A stretch of 64,000 nucleotides of DNA from Myxococcota bacterium (GTDB lineage Bacteria; Myxococcota_A; UBA796; UBA2385), in NCBI GenBank assembly GCA_044344255.1, contig JBIJDH010000018.1, positions 1-64,000 on the forward strand. Reading direction: 5' to 3'. The notes under the pieces are model-generated. The model worked only from the letters and a program-made list of their open reading frames with translations. It was not told the origin of the DNA and made no database searches. Position 1 is the first letter of the stretch; every line of letters starts with the position of its first letter. A program made the position numbers and the translations under genes. Positions 8,902-19,043 of this stretch are shown here, in pieces.

Positions 8902-10764
8902 TTGCCCGTTCGCCCCCCCCATGACGCCCCTCCCCACGAGGGCTCCTCCCGTGCCCTCCTGTGGTTGCTCGGGCTGGGGCTGGTCGTCGGCGTCTTCGCC
9001 GCGGGCCTCCCGCGTTGGTCGAGCGCCTTCCTGGGGGATGACGGGGTCGACAGCTGGGGCACGCAGTGGTTCTACTGGCTGATCGGCCGCCGCATCCTCG
9101 GGGACGAGCCCTTCGCCCATACCGACCTGCTGTTCTACCCGTGGGGCAAGGACGTCTACCTCCACACGGGCGGCAACGTCCTCGACGCGGTCCTCGCGCT
9201 GCCCTTCCGCTTCGTGTTCGGGCCTTTCGTCGGCTACAACCTCTTCGTGGTGGCGATCCTGGCCGCCAACGGCCTCGCTGCGGGCGCCCTCGGGCGGAGC
9301 TTCGGGGCGAGCCGGTGGGCCGCGGCGGTGGCGGGGCTGCTCTTCGCCTTCCACCCCTTGCCGCTGTCGGAGATCGCGGGCGGGCGCCCCACGCAGGCCC
9401 TGCTGGTCTTCGCGCTGTTGTTCTTCCGCTCCTGGTTTCGGCTCTTTGAGGGCGGGCGCAGCCGGGACGCCCTGCTGGCCGGGCTCTGGATGGCGGTCAC
9501 AGGCCTCTGCTACTGGTTCTACGCGATCTTCGCCGCGATTCTCCTCATCTTGCCCGCGGCGGTGGGCCTGCTCCGGCGGCCGGCGGGGCTCCGGCCGGGG
9601 CGCCTCTTCGCCGAGGCCGCGCTGGCCGCCGGGGTCGCCCTGCTGCTGGTGCTCCCGCTGGCCTGGCCGATGATCGAGGGCCTCGGCGCGGGTCAGGTTC
9701 CGGGCCTGCTCGACGTGCAGGCCTGGACGCTCACCGAGTGGTCGCCGCGCACCCGGGAGGGCGTGGCGATCGGGATCGACGCCTTCGATCCCCTGCGCGG
9801 GCGCGCCGGCTTCTACGCCGGGGAGCCGGGCGCCCTCCGCTTCGCCGAGCCGCGTGTGGTCGCGAGCTTCGCGGCCCTCGGGCTCGGCCTCGTCGGGCTC
9901 GCCGGGATCGATCTGCGGCGGCGCCTCCTGCTCGGGAGCGGCCTCGCGGTGGGCCTCCTGCTCGCCCTCGGCCCCGAGCTCGGCCCCGACAGCGGGCTCC
10001 CGAACCCCGTCTACCTCGGCCTCGTGCAGCTCTTCGCGCCGATGCAGCGCCTGTGGTGGCCGGTGCGGGCGCTCGGCCCCACCCTCTGCCTGCTCGTGCC
10101 GCTCCAAGCCTTGGCCTTGGACTCCCTCAAGGCCCCCCGTCGCAGGGTCGCGCTGGCCGCTGCGGCGGGGCTGGGCCTCGGCCTCGAGCTGCTGCGCGGC
10201 GGCCTCCTGCCGCTGCCCTTGGCCTCGGCGGAGGTGCCGGAGGTCTACCGCTGCTTCGCCCAGGCGGAGGGCGCGCTGCTCGAGCTCCCGTTCTTCGGTC
10301 ACCCCGAGCGCCTCCACTGGCAGGCGGTGCACGGCCGGCCCCGCTTCGGGGGGATGCTCGAGGACAACCCGGTCTTCGCCCCGGTCGCGCACACCCGCTA
10401 CCGCGAAGAGAACCGCTTCATCGCCGCCCTCATCCGCGCCACCGACGCCCCTCCCGCGTCGGGGGCCCCCGCGGCGGCGCACGAGGTGGGCGCCGAGGCC
10501 GCCGAGCCTTCGGAGGCGGCCCGCCTCTCGGCGGATCGGGGGGCCGCCGTGGCGCTGGGCGTCGCCTGGGTGTTGCTCGACGAGGGGGCGGTGGGGGAGG
10601 GCCTGCCGAAGCCCACCCGACAGGGGCAGCGGCGGCGGGTGGTGGCGGCGCTGGACGCCCTGCTCGGCCGGCCCGCCCACCTGGAGCCCGGCTGGCGGGT
10701 GTACTCGACGCGAGGCGAGCCCTGGCCTTGCCCCGCGTCGTCGGACGAAGCTCGGACGCCGTGA
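8902..10764 (+). CDS. Polytopic membrane protein, GT-C fold glycosyltransferase-like
   Basis: Multiple TMs; D..GTQWFYW, LFYPWG, GYNLF, QAVHGRP C-terminal pattern. Confidence 0.6.
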   Translation: MPVRPPHDAPPHEGSSRALLWLLGLGLVVGVFAAGLPRWSSAFLGDDGVDSWGTQWFYWLIGRRILGDEPFAHTDLLFYPWGKDVYLHTGGNVLDAVLALPFRFVFGPFVGYNLFVVAILAANGLAAGALGRSFGASRWAAAVAGLLFAFHPLPLSEIAGGRPTQALLVFALLFFRSWFRLFEGGRSRDALLAGLWMAVTGLCYWFYAIFAAILLILPAAVGLLRRPAGLRPGRLFAEAALAAGVALLLVLPLAWPMIEGLGAGQVPGLLDVQAWTLTEWSPRTREGVAIGIDAFDPLRGRAGFYAGEPGALRFAEPRVVASFAALGLGLVGLAGIDLRRRLLLGSGLAVGLLLALGPELGPDSGLPNPVYLGLVQLFAPMQRLWWPVRALGPTLCLLVPLQALALDSLKAPRRRVALAAAAGLGLGLELLRGGLLPLPLASAEVPEVYRCFAQAEGALLELPFFGHPERLHWQAVHGRPRFGGMLEDNPVFAPVAHTRYREENRFIAALIRATDAPPASGAPAAAHEVGAEAAEPSEAARLSADRGAAVALGVAWVLLDEGAVGEGLPKPTRQGQRRRVVAALDALLGRPAHLEPGWRVYSTRGEPWPCPASSDEARTP

Positions 10765-10777
10765 TACCGCGGCGGCG

Positions 10778-12664
10778 ATGCCCGACGTCGCCGCTGGCCC
10801 ACCGACCCCGTCCCGCGCCGCCCGCACCAAGGGCCTGGTCGTCCTCTGGTTCGCCGTCTGGATCGTGATCTTCACCTGGCCGGCGGTGCCGGAGATCGGC
10901 CATCGCATCATCGGCGGGGAGCTGGTGGGCGCCTGGCGCACCCTGTGGGCCCATGACTGGACGCTCAACCGGCTCCTCCGGGACGGCCGCTGGCCCCTCG
11001 ACGCCCCCGAGATCGGCTACCCCCGCGGCGGGCCCTTCTCGAGCATCGCGCCGGTCAACGATCTCCTCTCGCTGCCGCTCCAGCTCATCGTCGGGCTCGT
11101 GCCCGCCTACAACCTCGTCGTGCTCTTCCACATGCTGCTCGCCTGCACGGGGGGCTATGCGCTGGCGCGGGCGGCGGGGGTGCGGCAGGCGGGCTCGGTC
11201 ACCGCGGGGACGATCTTCGGCTTCAACAGCTTCTTTCTGACCTACGGCGTGGCGAGCGCGGTGGTCGAGACGAGCACCGTGGGCTGGGTCGCCTGGTTCC
11301 TCGCGGCGATGGTGCGCCTCGTCGAGCGGCCCACGGCGCGGATGGCCCTGCTCACCGGTCTGCTCTTCGCCATGGCGGGCATCGCGAGCTTCTACTGGGC
11401 CCTCATCGTCGGCGTGCTGAGCCCGGTGGTGGCGCTGCCCGCGCTGATCTCCCGCCTCGGCGCGCTCGACAGTCGCGGGCGGCTGCGCCTGCTCGGCCTC
11501 GTCGGCCTGTCCCTGGTGGTGGCCACCGCGGTCTGGGCGCCGGTCGCGATGGCCTTGCTCGGCACCTACGAGGCCCAAGGGGCCCTGCTCCAAGACTACG
11601 CCGAGCGGAAGCAGGAGCTGCTCGACCCCGGGATCATGGCCAACCTCGCCCATGACTACGCCACGCTCGCGGGCTTCCTCCTGCCGGGCAAGGAGCGCCT
11701 CGTCTTCCACGAGGACATGGACCTCCTCTGCCAGTCTACCTACGCGGGCTGGGTGGCGATCGCGCTCGCCAGCTTCGGCCTCGCTCGCGGGCGGCTGCGC
11801 TGGCTGGTCGTGGGCCTGCTGGGCGCGATCCTGTCGCTCGGGCCCTTCGTCTTCGTCACCTTCACCTCCTGGCGGGAGGAGCCGGTCTGGTGGTGGCTGG
11901 CCCTCCGGGAGGCCTTCCCCCCCATCCGGATGGTCACCTCCTACGTCCGCTTCAGCGCCTTCGGCTTCCTCGGCCTCGCGGTCTTGGCCGGCTTTGGGGT
12001 CGACCGGCTGCACAGAGCGATCGCCGACCGCTTCGCCCACCCCCTCCGCCTCGCGGTCGGGGTGGGCCTCGTCGCCTCGGCGCTGGTGCTCGTCGAGGTG
12101 ATGTTCGTCTCGCCGGTCCCCTTCCCGATCTACTCCGCCGACGCCCACATCCCCGAGTCCAGCCGCGCCTTGGCTGAGCTCTCTGGCCAGGGCGCGGTGC
12201 TCGACTGGCCGCAGCGGTACCCGGGGCGGCGGGTAGAGGTCAGCCGGTACTTCTTCTACCAGTCCGTGCACCAGCGGCCGATCCCCTACGACTTCGCGCC
12301 CACCAGCTACATGCCGGGGCTCATCGAGTCGAACCCCTTCTTCGCGCGCCTCGAGCGCATCACCTACGGGGAGGCCTACGACTCCGGCGCCTGGAACGCC
12401 TCCACCCTGAACCCCATCCGGCGCGGCGTCCTCGAGATGCAGCGGATGGGCTTCGACTGGCTGGTGGTCCACCCTGAGCAGGTCGATCCTGCTCGGCAAG
12501 AGCTCCTGCTCGGCTATCTCGACAGCCTCCTCGAGCGGGAGCGTACATTTGAAGACGGGAGCGCTATCTTCCGGGTCGCCCTCCCCGACGTGGCGCGGGA
12601 CGCCGAGGAAGTCGTCCCGCTGGAGGGCCCCACATTCGATGAACCACCGGCAGAGGCGCCGTGA
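10778..12664 (+). CDS. Polytopic membrane protein, GT-C fold glycosyltransferase-like (paralogue)
   Basis: ATG 10778; TWP, IGYPRGG, AYNLV, LSLGP, VRF, YQSVHQRP motifs parallel the upstream gene. Confidence 0.65.
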   Translation: MPDVAAGPPTPSRAARTKGLVVLWFAVWIVIFTWPAVPEIGHRIIGGELVGAWRTLWAHDWTLNRLLRDGRWPLDAPEIGYPRGGPFSSIAPVNDLLSLPLQLIVGLVPAYNLVVLFHMLLACTGGYALARAAGVRQAGSVTAGTIFGFNSFFLTYGVASAVVETSTVGWVAWFLAAMVRLVERPTARMALLTGLLFAMAGIASFYWALIVGVLSPVVALPALISRLGALDSRGRLRLLGLVGLSLVVATAVWAPVAMALLGTYEAQGALLQDYAERKQELLDPGIMANLAHDYATLAGFLLPGKERLVFHEDMDLLCQSTYAGWVAIALASFGLARGRLRWLVVGLLGAILSLGPFVFVTFTSWREEPVWWWLALREAFPPIRMVTSYVRFSAFGFLGLAVLAGFGVDRLHRAIADRFAHPLRLAVGVGLVASALVLVEVMFVSPVPFPIYSADAHIPESSRALAELSGQGAVLDWPQRYPGRRVEVSRYFFYQSVHQRPIPYDFAPTSYMPGLIESNPFFARLERITYGEAYDSGAWNASTLNPIRRGVLEMQRMGFDWLVVHPEQVDPARQELLLGYLDSLLERERTFEDGSAIFRVALPDVARDAEEVVPLEGPTFDEPPAEAP

Positions 12665-12672
12665 GGAGGACG

Positions 12673-13140
12673 ATGGTCATGGACCAGGGACAACGGGGAC
12701 GGAATTCGGATCACCCGCGCCGGGGGCTCCCCGCGCGCCTGGCCCTGCTTGGTTCCCTCGCCTGGGTCGGCCTCGCCGGCTGCGGGGACGTCGAGAAGGG
12801 CGGGACTTCGAACGAGGCGGGGGACAGCGGGGCCGGAGGCGGCGACGGCCTGCCGAGCGAAGAGTGCTCCGCCGAGGAGGCCGCCCTCTCCGTCTCCTGG
12901 ACGCTGACCACCGAGCCCATCCTCCTCACTTACTGCAGCTCCTGCCACGCCGCGGGCTCCCCCAACCGCTTCGGCGCGCCGGAGGGGGTGACCTTCGACA
13001 ACGAGGCCGAGGCGCGCCAATGGGCGCCCCGCGTGCGGGCGCGCGTGATCGTCGACCAGGACATGCCCGTGGGCGGCGGTGTCTTCGACGAGGACGCCCG
13101 CGACCTCGAGGCCTGGCTCGACTGCGGCGACACGATCTGA
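12673..13140 (+). CDS. Monoheme cytochrome c lipoprotein
   Basis: GAGGAGG RBS; lipobox LAGC; CSSCH; distal MP; WLDCG end. Confidence 0.75.
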   Translation: MVMDQGQRGRNSDHPRRGLPARLALLGSLAWVGLAGCGDVEKGGTSNEAGDSGAGGGDGLPSEECSAEEAALSVSWTLTTEPILLTYCSSCHAAGSPNRFGAPEGVTFDNEAEARQWAPRVRARVIVDQDMPVGGGVFDEDARDLEAWLDCGDTI

Positions 13141-13165
13141 CGCCCTGGGATCCGAAGCTCAGGAA

Positions 13166-14857
13166 TCAGAAGCTCAGGAAGGCGGGGTCACGCAGGGCCA
13201 CGGTGATCACCGCGCTCCAGGCGGCGTCGGCGGTGCCGGTGAGGGCGAAGGCGGCCGACCAGAGCTCGCTGAGCTCGGCCTTGTCGGCCTCCGTGGGGTG
13301 CACCGCCATCAGGCGCCACCAGAGGGCCTCGAGGGCGGCGTCGAAGGCCGCGTCCCCAGGGCGGGTCTCAAGGGTGACCCCGACGAGCAGCGGGGCCTCG
13401 CTCCCGACCACGAGATCGCGCTGCGCGATCTGGAGGCCCGCGGCCTCTGCCACCCGCTGCGTGGTCAGCGCCCAGGTGAGGCCGGGGGTCTGCTGGGCCG
13501 CGCTCAGCATCTCGCCGTCCGCACCCCCGCCGAGCACCCGCACGCCCACGACGTCGTTGTCGAGCTGATCGGCCCCCCCCACCGTCCAGGTGAAGCCGCT
13601 CAGGTCTCGCAGGATAGAGCGGAGGTGGTGGCTGACCAGGAGCCGCCGGGTGGTGGCGCCGACCTCATCCTCGGCGTCGGCCCCTTCGGTGAGCGCCCCC
13701 GCCTGGTAGGCCGAGCTGTCGGTGACGTGGCGGATCACCACCTTCATGTTGAGGTCGGAGTCGATGAATGCGGCGCGCCCCGCCTCGAGGAGGGCGAAGT
13801 CGTCATCCCCCGTGGGGCGGCGGAGCAGGCCCTCGGTCATCGTCTCGACGCCGCAGCTCACGAAGCGGGGGTCGAGGGCGATGGCACGCCCGAGGTCGGC
13901 CAAGCCGTCTACCGGCGTGCCAAACCAGGCCGACTCCACCTGCAACAGCGACTCGCCGAGGAACTCACGCTCGGCGTGGTACCGCTCCATCTCCATGGAG
14001 TTCTGATCGTCGAGGGGCAGGAAGCCGAAGAGGGAGGCCGCGACGGGCTCGATGGCGGCGTGGCAGGCGACACAGGTGGGGTTGGTGCGGATGGCCTCCT
14101 CGGCGCTGCCGTCGAGCAAGGACACCGCCCCCGAGACCTGCACGGGACGGTTGAGGAAGTCCTCACAGGTCAGCAAGTTGAAGATCGCGGCGGTCCGACC
14201 CCGATTGTAGTTGAAGATCGGGCTGAAGTAACGAATCCACATCCCGTTGGTGGACAGGACGCCGGCGTGGGGGCGGGTGTCCGTGTAGGTGGCCACCTGC
14301 CAGCCCGTCTGCCCCTCGGGGTAGGCGAGGGGCCAGGCGGCGCCCGTGATCTCTGTGGCCATCGTCCAGTCGGCCGTCACGACCTCGGTGTAGGGGGCGT
14401 CGGTCGCGATCACGTGGGCGACGAGGCGGAGGGGCTCCTCACCGATAGACCGGTGGTAAGCGTAGGCCTGTTCAGGCTCGAGCTGGTGGTCATAATAGTA
14501 GGTGCGAAAGGTGTCGATCGCGGTGAGCCAGCGCTCCTGATAGAGCGCGACCATCTGCTCCTCGAAGCGGGGGTCTTCGAGGTAGGTGTCCCGCAAGGCC
14601 GGGAGGGAGGCCGGATCGGCCTCGACACGGTCTAGCTCTTCGGCCGTGGGCAGAACACCGCGGAGGTCGATGCTCAGCCGCCGGGCGAGGCGAGGGGCGT
14701 CCAGCGGGCTCACGGCCGGTGGCGCGACCTCGGGGGCGGCGGTCTCCTCCGAGGGGCCGGTCACCTTGGGCTCAGGGTCGCACCCGCAGCCTAGAGAGAC
14801 GCCGAGCGAGACCGGTCCGAGCAGCACCGCCACGTGCTTTGAAATAGAGGTGAGCAT
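13166..14857 (-). CDS. DUF1549/DUF1585-like heme c lipoprotein (copy 2), DUF1501 partner
   Basis: RLARRLSIDLRGVLPT, RPHAGVLSTNG, CVACH; nearly collinear with 17258..18979. Confidence 0.7.
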   Translation of the reverse strand: MLTSISKHVAVLLGPVSLGVSLGCGCDPEPKVTGPSEETAAPEVAPPAVSPLDAPRLARRLSIDLRGVLPTAEELDRVEADPASLPALRDTYLEDPRFEEQMVALYQERWLTAIDTFRTYYYDHQLEPEQAYAYHRSIGEEPLRLVAHVIATDAPYTEVVTADWTMATEITGAAWPLAYPEGQTGWQVATYTDTRPHAGVLSTNGMWIRYFSPIFNYNRGRTAAIFNLLTCEDFLNRPVQVSGAVSLLDGSAEEAIRTNPTCVACHAAIEPVAASLFGFLPLDDQNSMEMERYHAEREFLGESLLQVESAWFGTPVDGLADLGRAIALDPRFVSCGVETMTEGLLRRPTGDDDFALLEAGRAAFIDSDLNMKVVIRHVTDSSAYQAGALTEGADAEDEVGATTRRLLVSHHLRSILRDLSGFTWTVGGADQLDNDVVGVRVLGGGADGEMLSAAQQTPGLTWALTTQRVAEAAGLQIAQRDLVVGSEAPLLVGVTLETRPGDAAFDAALEALWWRLMAVHPTEADKAELSELWSAAFALTGTADAAWSAVITVALRDPAFLSF

Positions 14858-15004
14858 GAGTGGGCCGCTGCTCCTCCCTGAGAATAGCCTATCAAGCCGA
14901 CTTTGTCGAGCAGCCACAGCGGTTTGAGCGGGGCCTCGGCCATCTCGGAGGCGCAGACGCGCGGCTCGGCCCGGCACCTCGCCCGCCGGAGGCTGCTCCG
15001 CCGC

Positions 15005-15970
15005 TCAGATCACCCACATGTTCGAGGCGATCTCGACCAGCACGGCGAGATCGACGCAGAGCGGTCCGAGGTCCTCGCTGTCGTCCCAGGTGAGGGTGCC
15101 GCAGCCGGAGCCGTCGGGGTCGAGCTCGAGGTCATACCAAGTGGAGTCGGCCTGTCGCAGCGAGACGCGGCCGCTCATCGGGGCCGTCGCCGAGCTGCGG
15201 GTGTCGATCTCCACCGCGTCGAGCTCGAGAGAGACATCGCCGATCGAGACGAAGCCGTCGATGGTCTGCCGGTAGTCAGTCCCCTCTCGGATCCCGTTGG
15301 TGTCGAGGCTTCCCGAGAAGCCCTCGCGGAGCCAGGTCTCGGAGGCGCCGTCCTCATAGGTGCCGGTCATGTGGCACCAGTAGGCGAGGCTGGTGCCGTC
15401 CGACTGCATCTTCAAGGAGAAGACGCCGCCCGCCTGCAGGCTCGTCCCATCTGGCCGATAGATGGCGTAGTCGGCGGGCTGGGTCTGGATGTAGTAGTCC
15501 CCGACCCAGGAGCCGGTGTCGCCAAGGACCCGCTCGTCTTGGATCAGCAGCCCCGCCGCGCCCTGGAAGAGGTAGCCCTCGGCAGTGGTGCAGCCTTCGA
15601 GATCGACGAAGCCGTAGTTGAAGGTGGCAGCGCCGGGGCAGGTCTCGTCGGCGAAGGTGAGCATGCGGAGGTAGTCGGCGACCACGTCCTGGGGGCGAGG
15701 GTAGCCGCGCGCGAAGGCCCGCTCGATCTCGGCGCCCACCTCGGCGGCGGTCAACGTTGGGGCATGGACGTCATCCTCGACGAGGTGTGACCAGTCCGGC
15801 TCAGGCTCGGCGGTGTCGGGCCCGCCTCCGCCGTCCGGGATGCCCGGCCCGTCGCCGGCCTTGTCCTCCGGCGCTGCGCCACCGCAGCCCGCCGAGAGTC
15901 CGAGGAGCAGCCCCACGACCGCGATGGAGCCGGCGGGGGCAGTAGGGGCGGTCGGGCAGGTGTGGCGCAT
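15005..15970 (-). CDS. Hypothetical lipoprotein
   Basis: Lipobox SAGC; starts 1 bp after the DUF1501 stop, same strand. Confidence 0.65.
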   Translation of the reverse strand: MRHTCPTAPTAPAGSIAVVGLLLGLSAGCGGAAPEDKAGDGPGIPDGGGGPDTAEPEPDWSHLVEDDVHAPTLTAAEVGAEIERAFARGYPRPQDVVADYLRMLTFADETCPGAATFNYGFVDLEGCTTAEGYLFQGAAGLLIQDERVLGDTGSWVGDYYIQTQPADYAIYRPDGTSLQAGGVFSLKMQSDGTSLAYWCHMTGTYEDGASETWLREGFSGSLDTNGIREGTDYRQTIDGFVSIGDVSLELDAVEIDTRSSATAPMSGRVSLRQADSTWYDLELDPDGSGCGTLTWDDSEDLGPLCVDLAVLVEIASNMWVI

Positions 15971-15971
15971 C

Positions 15972-17258
15972 TCAGGTGTCCAAGAGGCAGGTGAGCGGCT
16001 CTACTTCGTCGCCGAAGGTCTCGGCGGGGTCGATCCCGGCGAGGGTGAGCAGGGTGGCGCCGATGTGTGCCGGCTCGATGAGCACGCCCCCTGCGCTTCC
16101 GGTGGTGTCGGTCTCACCGGTCTCCGGGATGACGGGCTGGCCCCCCATGTTGGCGTCGTAGCCCCCGATCATCGTGCCTCCCCGGATCCCGCCGCCGATC
16201 AGCATCATTGAGGTGGTGGTCCAGTGGTCCTTCCCGCCCGAGGCGTTGAGCACCGGGAAGCGGCCCATCTCCGAGAAGACCACCACCGTGATCTCGTCGA
16301 GGAGCGTCCCGCCCGTGGTGCCCGGGGTGGTGCTCAGGGAGTCGAGCAAGGAGGTGAGGTTGGTGAACAACAACTGGTAGCTCGGCGCCTGACGGCTGAT
16401 CTCCGAGTGGTGGTCCCAGCGGGCGCCGTAGAAGCCGCGGTCCGAGGTCATCACGCAGCGCGAGAATCCGGAGCCGAGCACCGAGGCTGCGGCGGTGAGC
16501 TGTAGCATTGGACTGCCGGTGGGCACGTAGAGCACCGTGGCGACGTCGGGCAGGTTGGCGAGGTCGTTGAGGGTATTGCCGTAAGCGGCCGAGATCCTCG
16601 CCTCCGCCCCTCGGCCGGCCGCCGCCGCCGCCGCCTCGACCCGCCGACGCACCACGGCGTCCTCGAGGGCCCGCACCGCCGCGTTCGGCGTCAACAGACC
16701 CTCCTCGCTGCTATTGAAACAATCCCCCGACAGGAGCGAGCTCAGCTGCCCGTTCGACCCCACCCGCACGACGTTGGACGCCGCCGAACCCGCGTAGGAG
16801 GGCCCCTCCAGCACGAGGTGGCCGAGCGGCAGGTGGGTGGCGGCGGAGGCGGCGATCAGCGAGGGGAAGTCGTCGGCGTCGGCCGCCGACTGGCCGGTGA
16901 GCAGCAGGCGCTTGCAGCGCTCGTGGGCCACCGAGCGCACCTCGAGCCCGTTTACGATCGCGGTCCGGTGGCCGTACTTCACGAAGTAGTCGTCGACAGC
17001 CGGGCGGTTGGCGCCGCTCACCCAGGACAGGCCGCCGGACTCGGCCAGCTCGGCGTCCTCCGGCATGTCCACGAGGCTGTTGTCGAAGACCGTGGCGAAG
17101 ACCCAGGTGGGGTCCCAGCCGCCGTCCACGAACACAAAGAGGAAACGGCGGTCCGAGGCGCTCAGCGCGGCGCGGGCGAGCCCGGGCAGCGCGGCGCCGA
17201 CCATCAGCCCGCCCGTCATTAGGCGCAGCGTGTCGCGTCGGGAGGGGAGTTTTCGCAT
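15972..17258 (-). CDS. DUF1501 domain protein, Tat-exported
   Basis: SRRDTLR Tat motif; FVFVDGGWD, WDHH, VVVFSEMGRFP..N..GGKDHW, GGGIRGG; TGATG overlap with upstream gene. Confidence 0.85.
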   Translation of the reverse strand: MRKLPSRRDTLRLMTGGLMVGAALPGLARAALSASDRRFLFVFVDGGWDPTWVFATVFDNSLVDMPEDAELAESGGLSWVSGANRPAVDDYFVKYGHRTAIVNGLEVRSVAHERCKRLLLTGQSAADADDFPSLIAASAATHLPLGHLVLEGPSYAGSAASNVVRVGSNGQLSSLLSGDCFNSSEEGLLTPNAAVRALEDAVVRRRVEAAAAAAGRGAEARISAAYGNTLNDLANLPDVATVLYVPTGSPMLQLTAAASVLGSGFSRCVMTSDRGFYGARWDHHSEISRQAPSYQLLFTNLTSLLDSLSTTPGTTGGTLLDEITVVVFSEMGRFPVLNASGGKDHWTTTSMMLIGGGIRGGTMIGGYDANMGGQPVIPETGETDTTGSAGGVLIEPAHIGATLLTLAGIDPAETFGDEVEPLTCLLDT

Positions 17259-18979
17259 CAGAAGCTCAGGAAGGCGGGGTCGCGCAGGGCCACCGTGATC
17301 ACGGCGGCCCAGGCGGCCTCCGCGGTGCCGGTGAGGGAGAAGGCGGCCGACCAGAGCTCGGTGAGCTCGGCCTTGTCGGCCTCCGAGGGATGTATCGCCA
17401 TCAGGCGCCACCAGAGGGCCTCGAGTGCGGCGTCGAAGGCCGCGTCGCCGGGGCGGGTCTCGAGCGTGACCCCCACGAGCAGCGGGGCCTCGCTCCCGAC
17501 GACGAGATCGCGGTCGGCGATCTGGATGCCTGCGGCCTCCGCCACCCGTTGGGTGGTGAGCGCCCAAGTGAGGCCGGGGGTCTGCTGGGCGGCGCTCAGC
17601 AGATCGCCGTCGGCCCCACCCCCGAGCACCCGCACGCCCAGGACGTCGTCGTCGAGCTGGGCGGCGCCCTCCCGGGTCCAGGTGAAGCCGCTCAGGTCTT
17701 GCAAAATGGAGCGGGCATGGTGGCTGACGATCAATCGTCGGGTGGTGGCGCTGACCTCGTCCTCGGCGTCGGCCTCGTCTGTGAGCGCCCCCGCCTGGTA
17801 GGCCGGGCTGTCGGTGACGTGGCGGATCACCACCTTCATGTTGAGATCGGAGTCGATGAAGGCCGCGCGCCCCTCTTCAAGGAGGGCAAAGTCGTCATCC
17901 CCCGTGGGGCGGCGGAGCAGGCCCTCGGTCATCGTCTCGACGCCGCAGCTCACGAAGCGGGGGTCGAGCGCGATGGCCCGCCCGAGGTCAGCGAGGCCGT
18001 CCACCGGCGTGCCGAACCAGGCCGACTCCACCTGCAAGATGGACTCCCCGAGGTACTCCCGCTCGGGGTGGTACCGCTCCATCTCGAGGTGGTTCTGGTC
18101 GGCCAGGGGGATGAAGCCGAAGAGCGTGGCCGCGACGGGCTCGATGGCGGCGTGGCAGGCGATGCAGGTGGGGTTGGTGCGGATCGCCTCTTCGGCGCTG
18201 CCGTCCAGCAGCGAGACTGCCCCCGAGATCTGCACCGGCCGATTGAGGAAGTCCTCACAGGTCAGCAAGTTGAAGATGGCAGCGGTCCGCCCCCGATTGT
18301 AGTTGAACATCGGGCTGAAATAGCGGAGCCACATGCCGTTGGTGGACAGGACGCCCGCGTGGGGACGGGAGTCGGTGTAGGTGGCCACCTGCCAGCCCGT
18401 CTGGCCCTCGGGATAGGCGAGGGGCCAGGCTGCGCCGGTGAGCTCGGTGGCCATCGTCCAGTCGGCCGTCACGATCTCGGTGTAGGGCGTGTCCGTCGCG
18501 ATCACGTGGGCGATCAGCCGAATGGGCTCCTCGCCGATAGACCGGTTGTAGGCGTAGGCCTGTCGGGGCTCGAGGAGGTGGTCGTAATAATAGGTCCGGA
18601 AGGTGTCGATCGCGGTGAGCCAGCGCTCCTGATAGAGCGCGACCATCTGCTCCTCGAAGAGAGGGTCTTCGAGGTAGGCGTCCCGCAGCGCGGAGAGGGC
18701 GGCGGGATCGGCCTCGACACGGTCCAACTCTTCGACGGTGGGCAGCACGCCGCGGAGGTCGATGCTCAGCCGCCGGGCGAGGCGCGGGGCGTCAAGCGGG
18801 GTCACCGTGGGCGGCGCGGCCTCGGGGGCGGCGGTCTCCTCGGGCGGGGGCGCGCCGGCCTTGGGCGACGGCGCCTCACCGCAGCCGAGGAGCGAGAGGA
18901 CGAGCACCCCCGCTATTGGAGGGGCACATAGGCGAACGGGCATCGTCGTGGCGCGGAGCCTAGTTTGGTCTTCGCTCAT
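17258..18979 (-). CDS. DUF1549/DUF1585-like heme c lipoprotein (copy 1)
   Basis: Lipobox LLGC; RLARRLSIDLRG; CIACH; translationally coupled to the DUF1501 gene. Confidence 0.7.
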   Translation of the reverse strand: MSEDQTRLRATTMPVRLCAPPIAGVLVLSLLGCGEAPSPKAGAPPPEETAAPEAAPPTVTPLDAPRLARRLSIDLRGVLPTVEELDRVEADPAALSALRDAYLEDPLFEEQMVALYQERWLTAIDTFRTYYYDHLLEPRQAYAYNRSIGEEPIRLIAHVIATDTPYTEIVTADWTMATELTGAAWPLAYPEGQTGWQVATYTDSRPHAGVLSTNGMWLRYFSPMFNYNRGRTAAIFNLLTCEDFLNRPVQISGAVSLLDGSAEEAIRTNPTCIACHAAIEPVAATLFGFIPLADQNHLEMERYHPEREYLGESILQVESAWFGTPVDGLADLGRAIALDPRFVSCGVETMTEGLLRRPTGDDDFALLEEGRAAFIDSDLNMKVVIRHVTDSPAYQAGALTDEADAEDEVSATTRRLIVSHHARSILQDLSGFTWTREGAAQLDDDVLGVRVLGGGADGDLLSAAQQTPGLTWALTTQRVAEAAGIQIADRDLVVGSEAPLLVGVTLETRPGDAAFDAALEALWWRLMAIHPSEADKAELTELWSAAFSLTGTAEAAWAAVITVALRDPAFLSF

Positions 18980-19043
18980 CCCTCGACTTTAGCCGATCGG
19001 CGCGCCGCGGTCCACCGGCGGAGGGCGGACCGCGGGAGCGATA

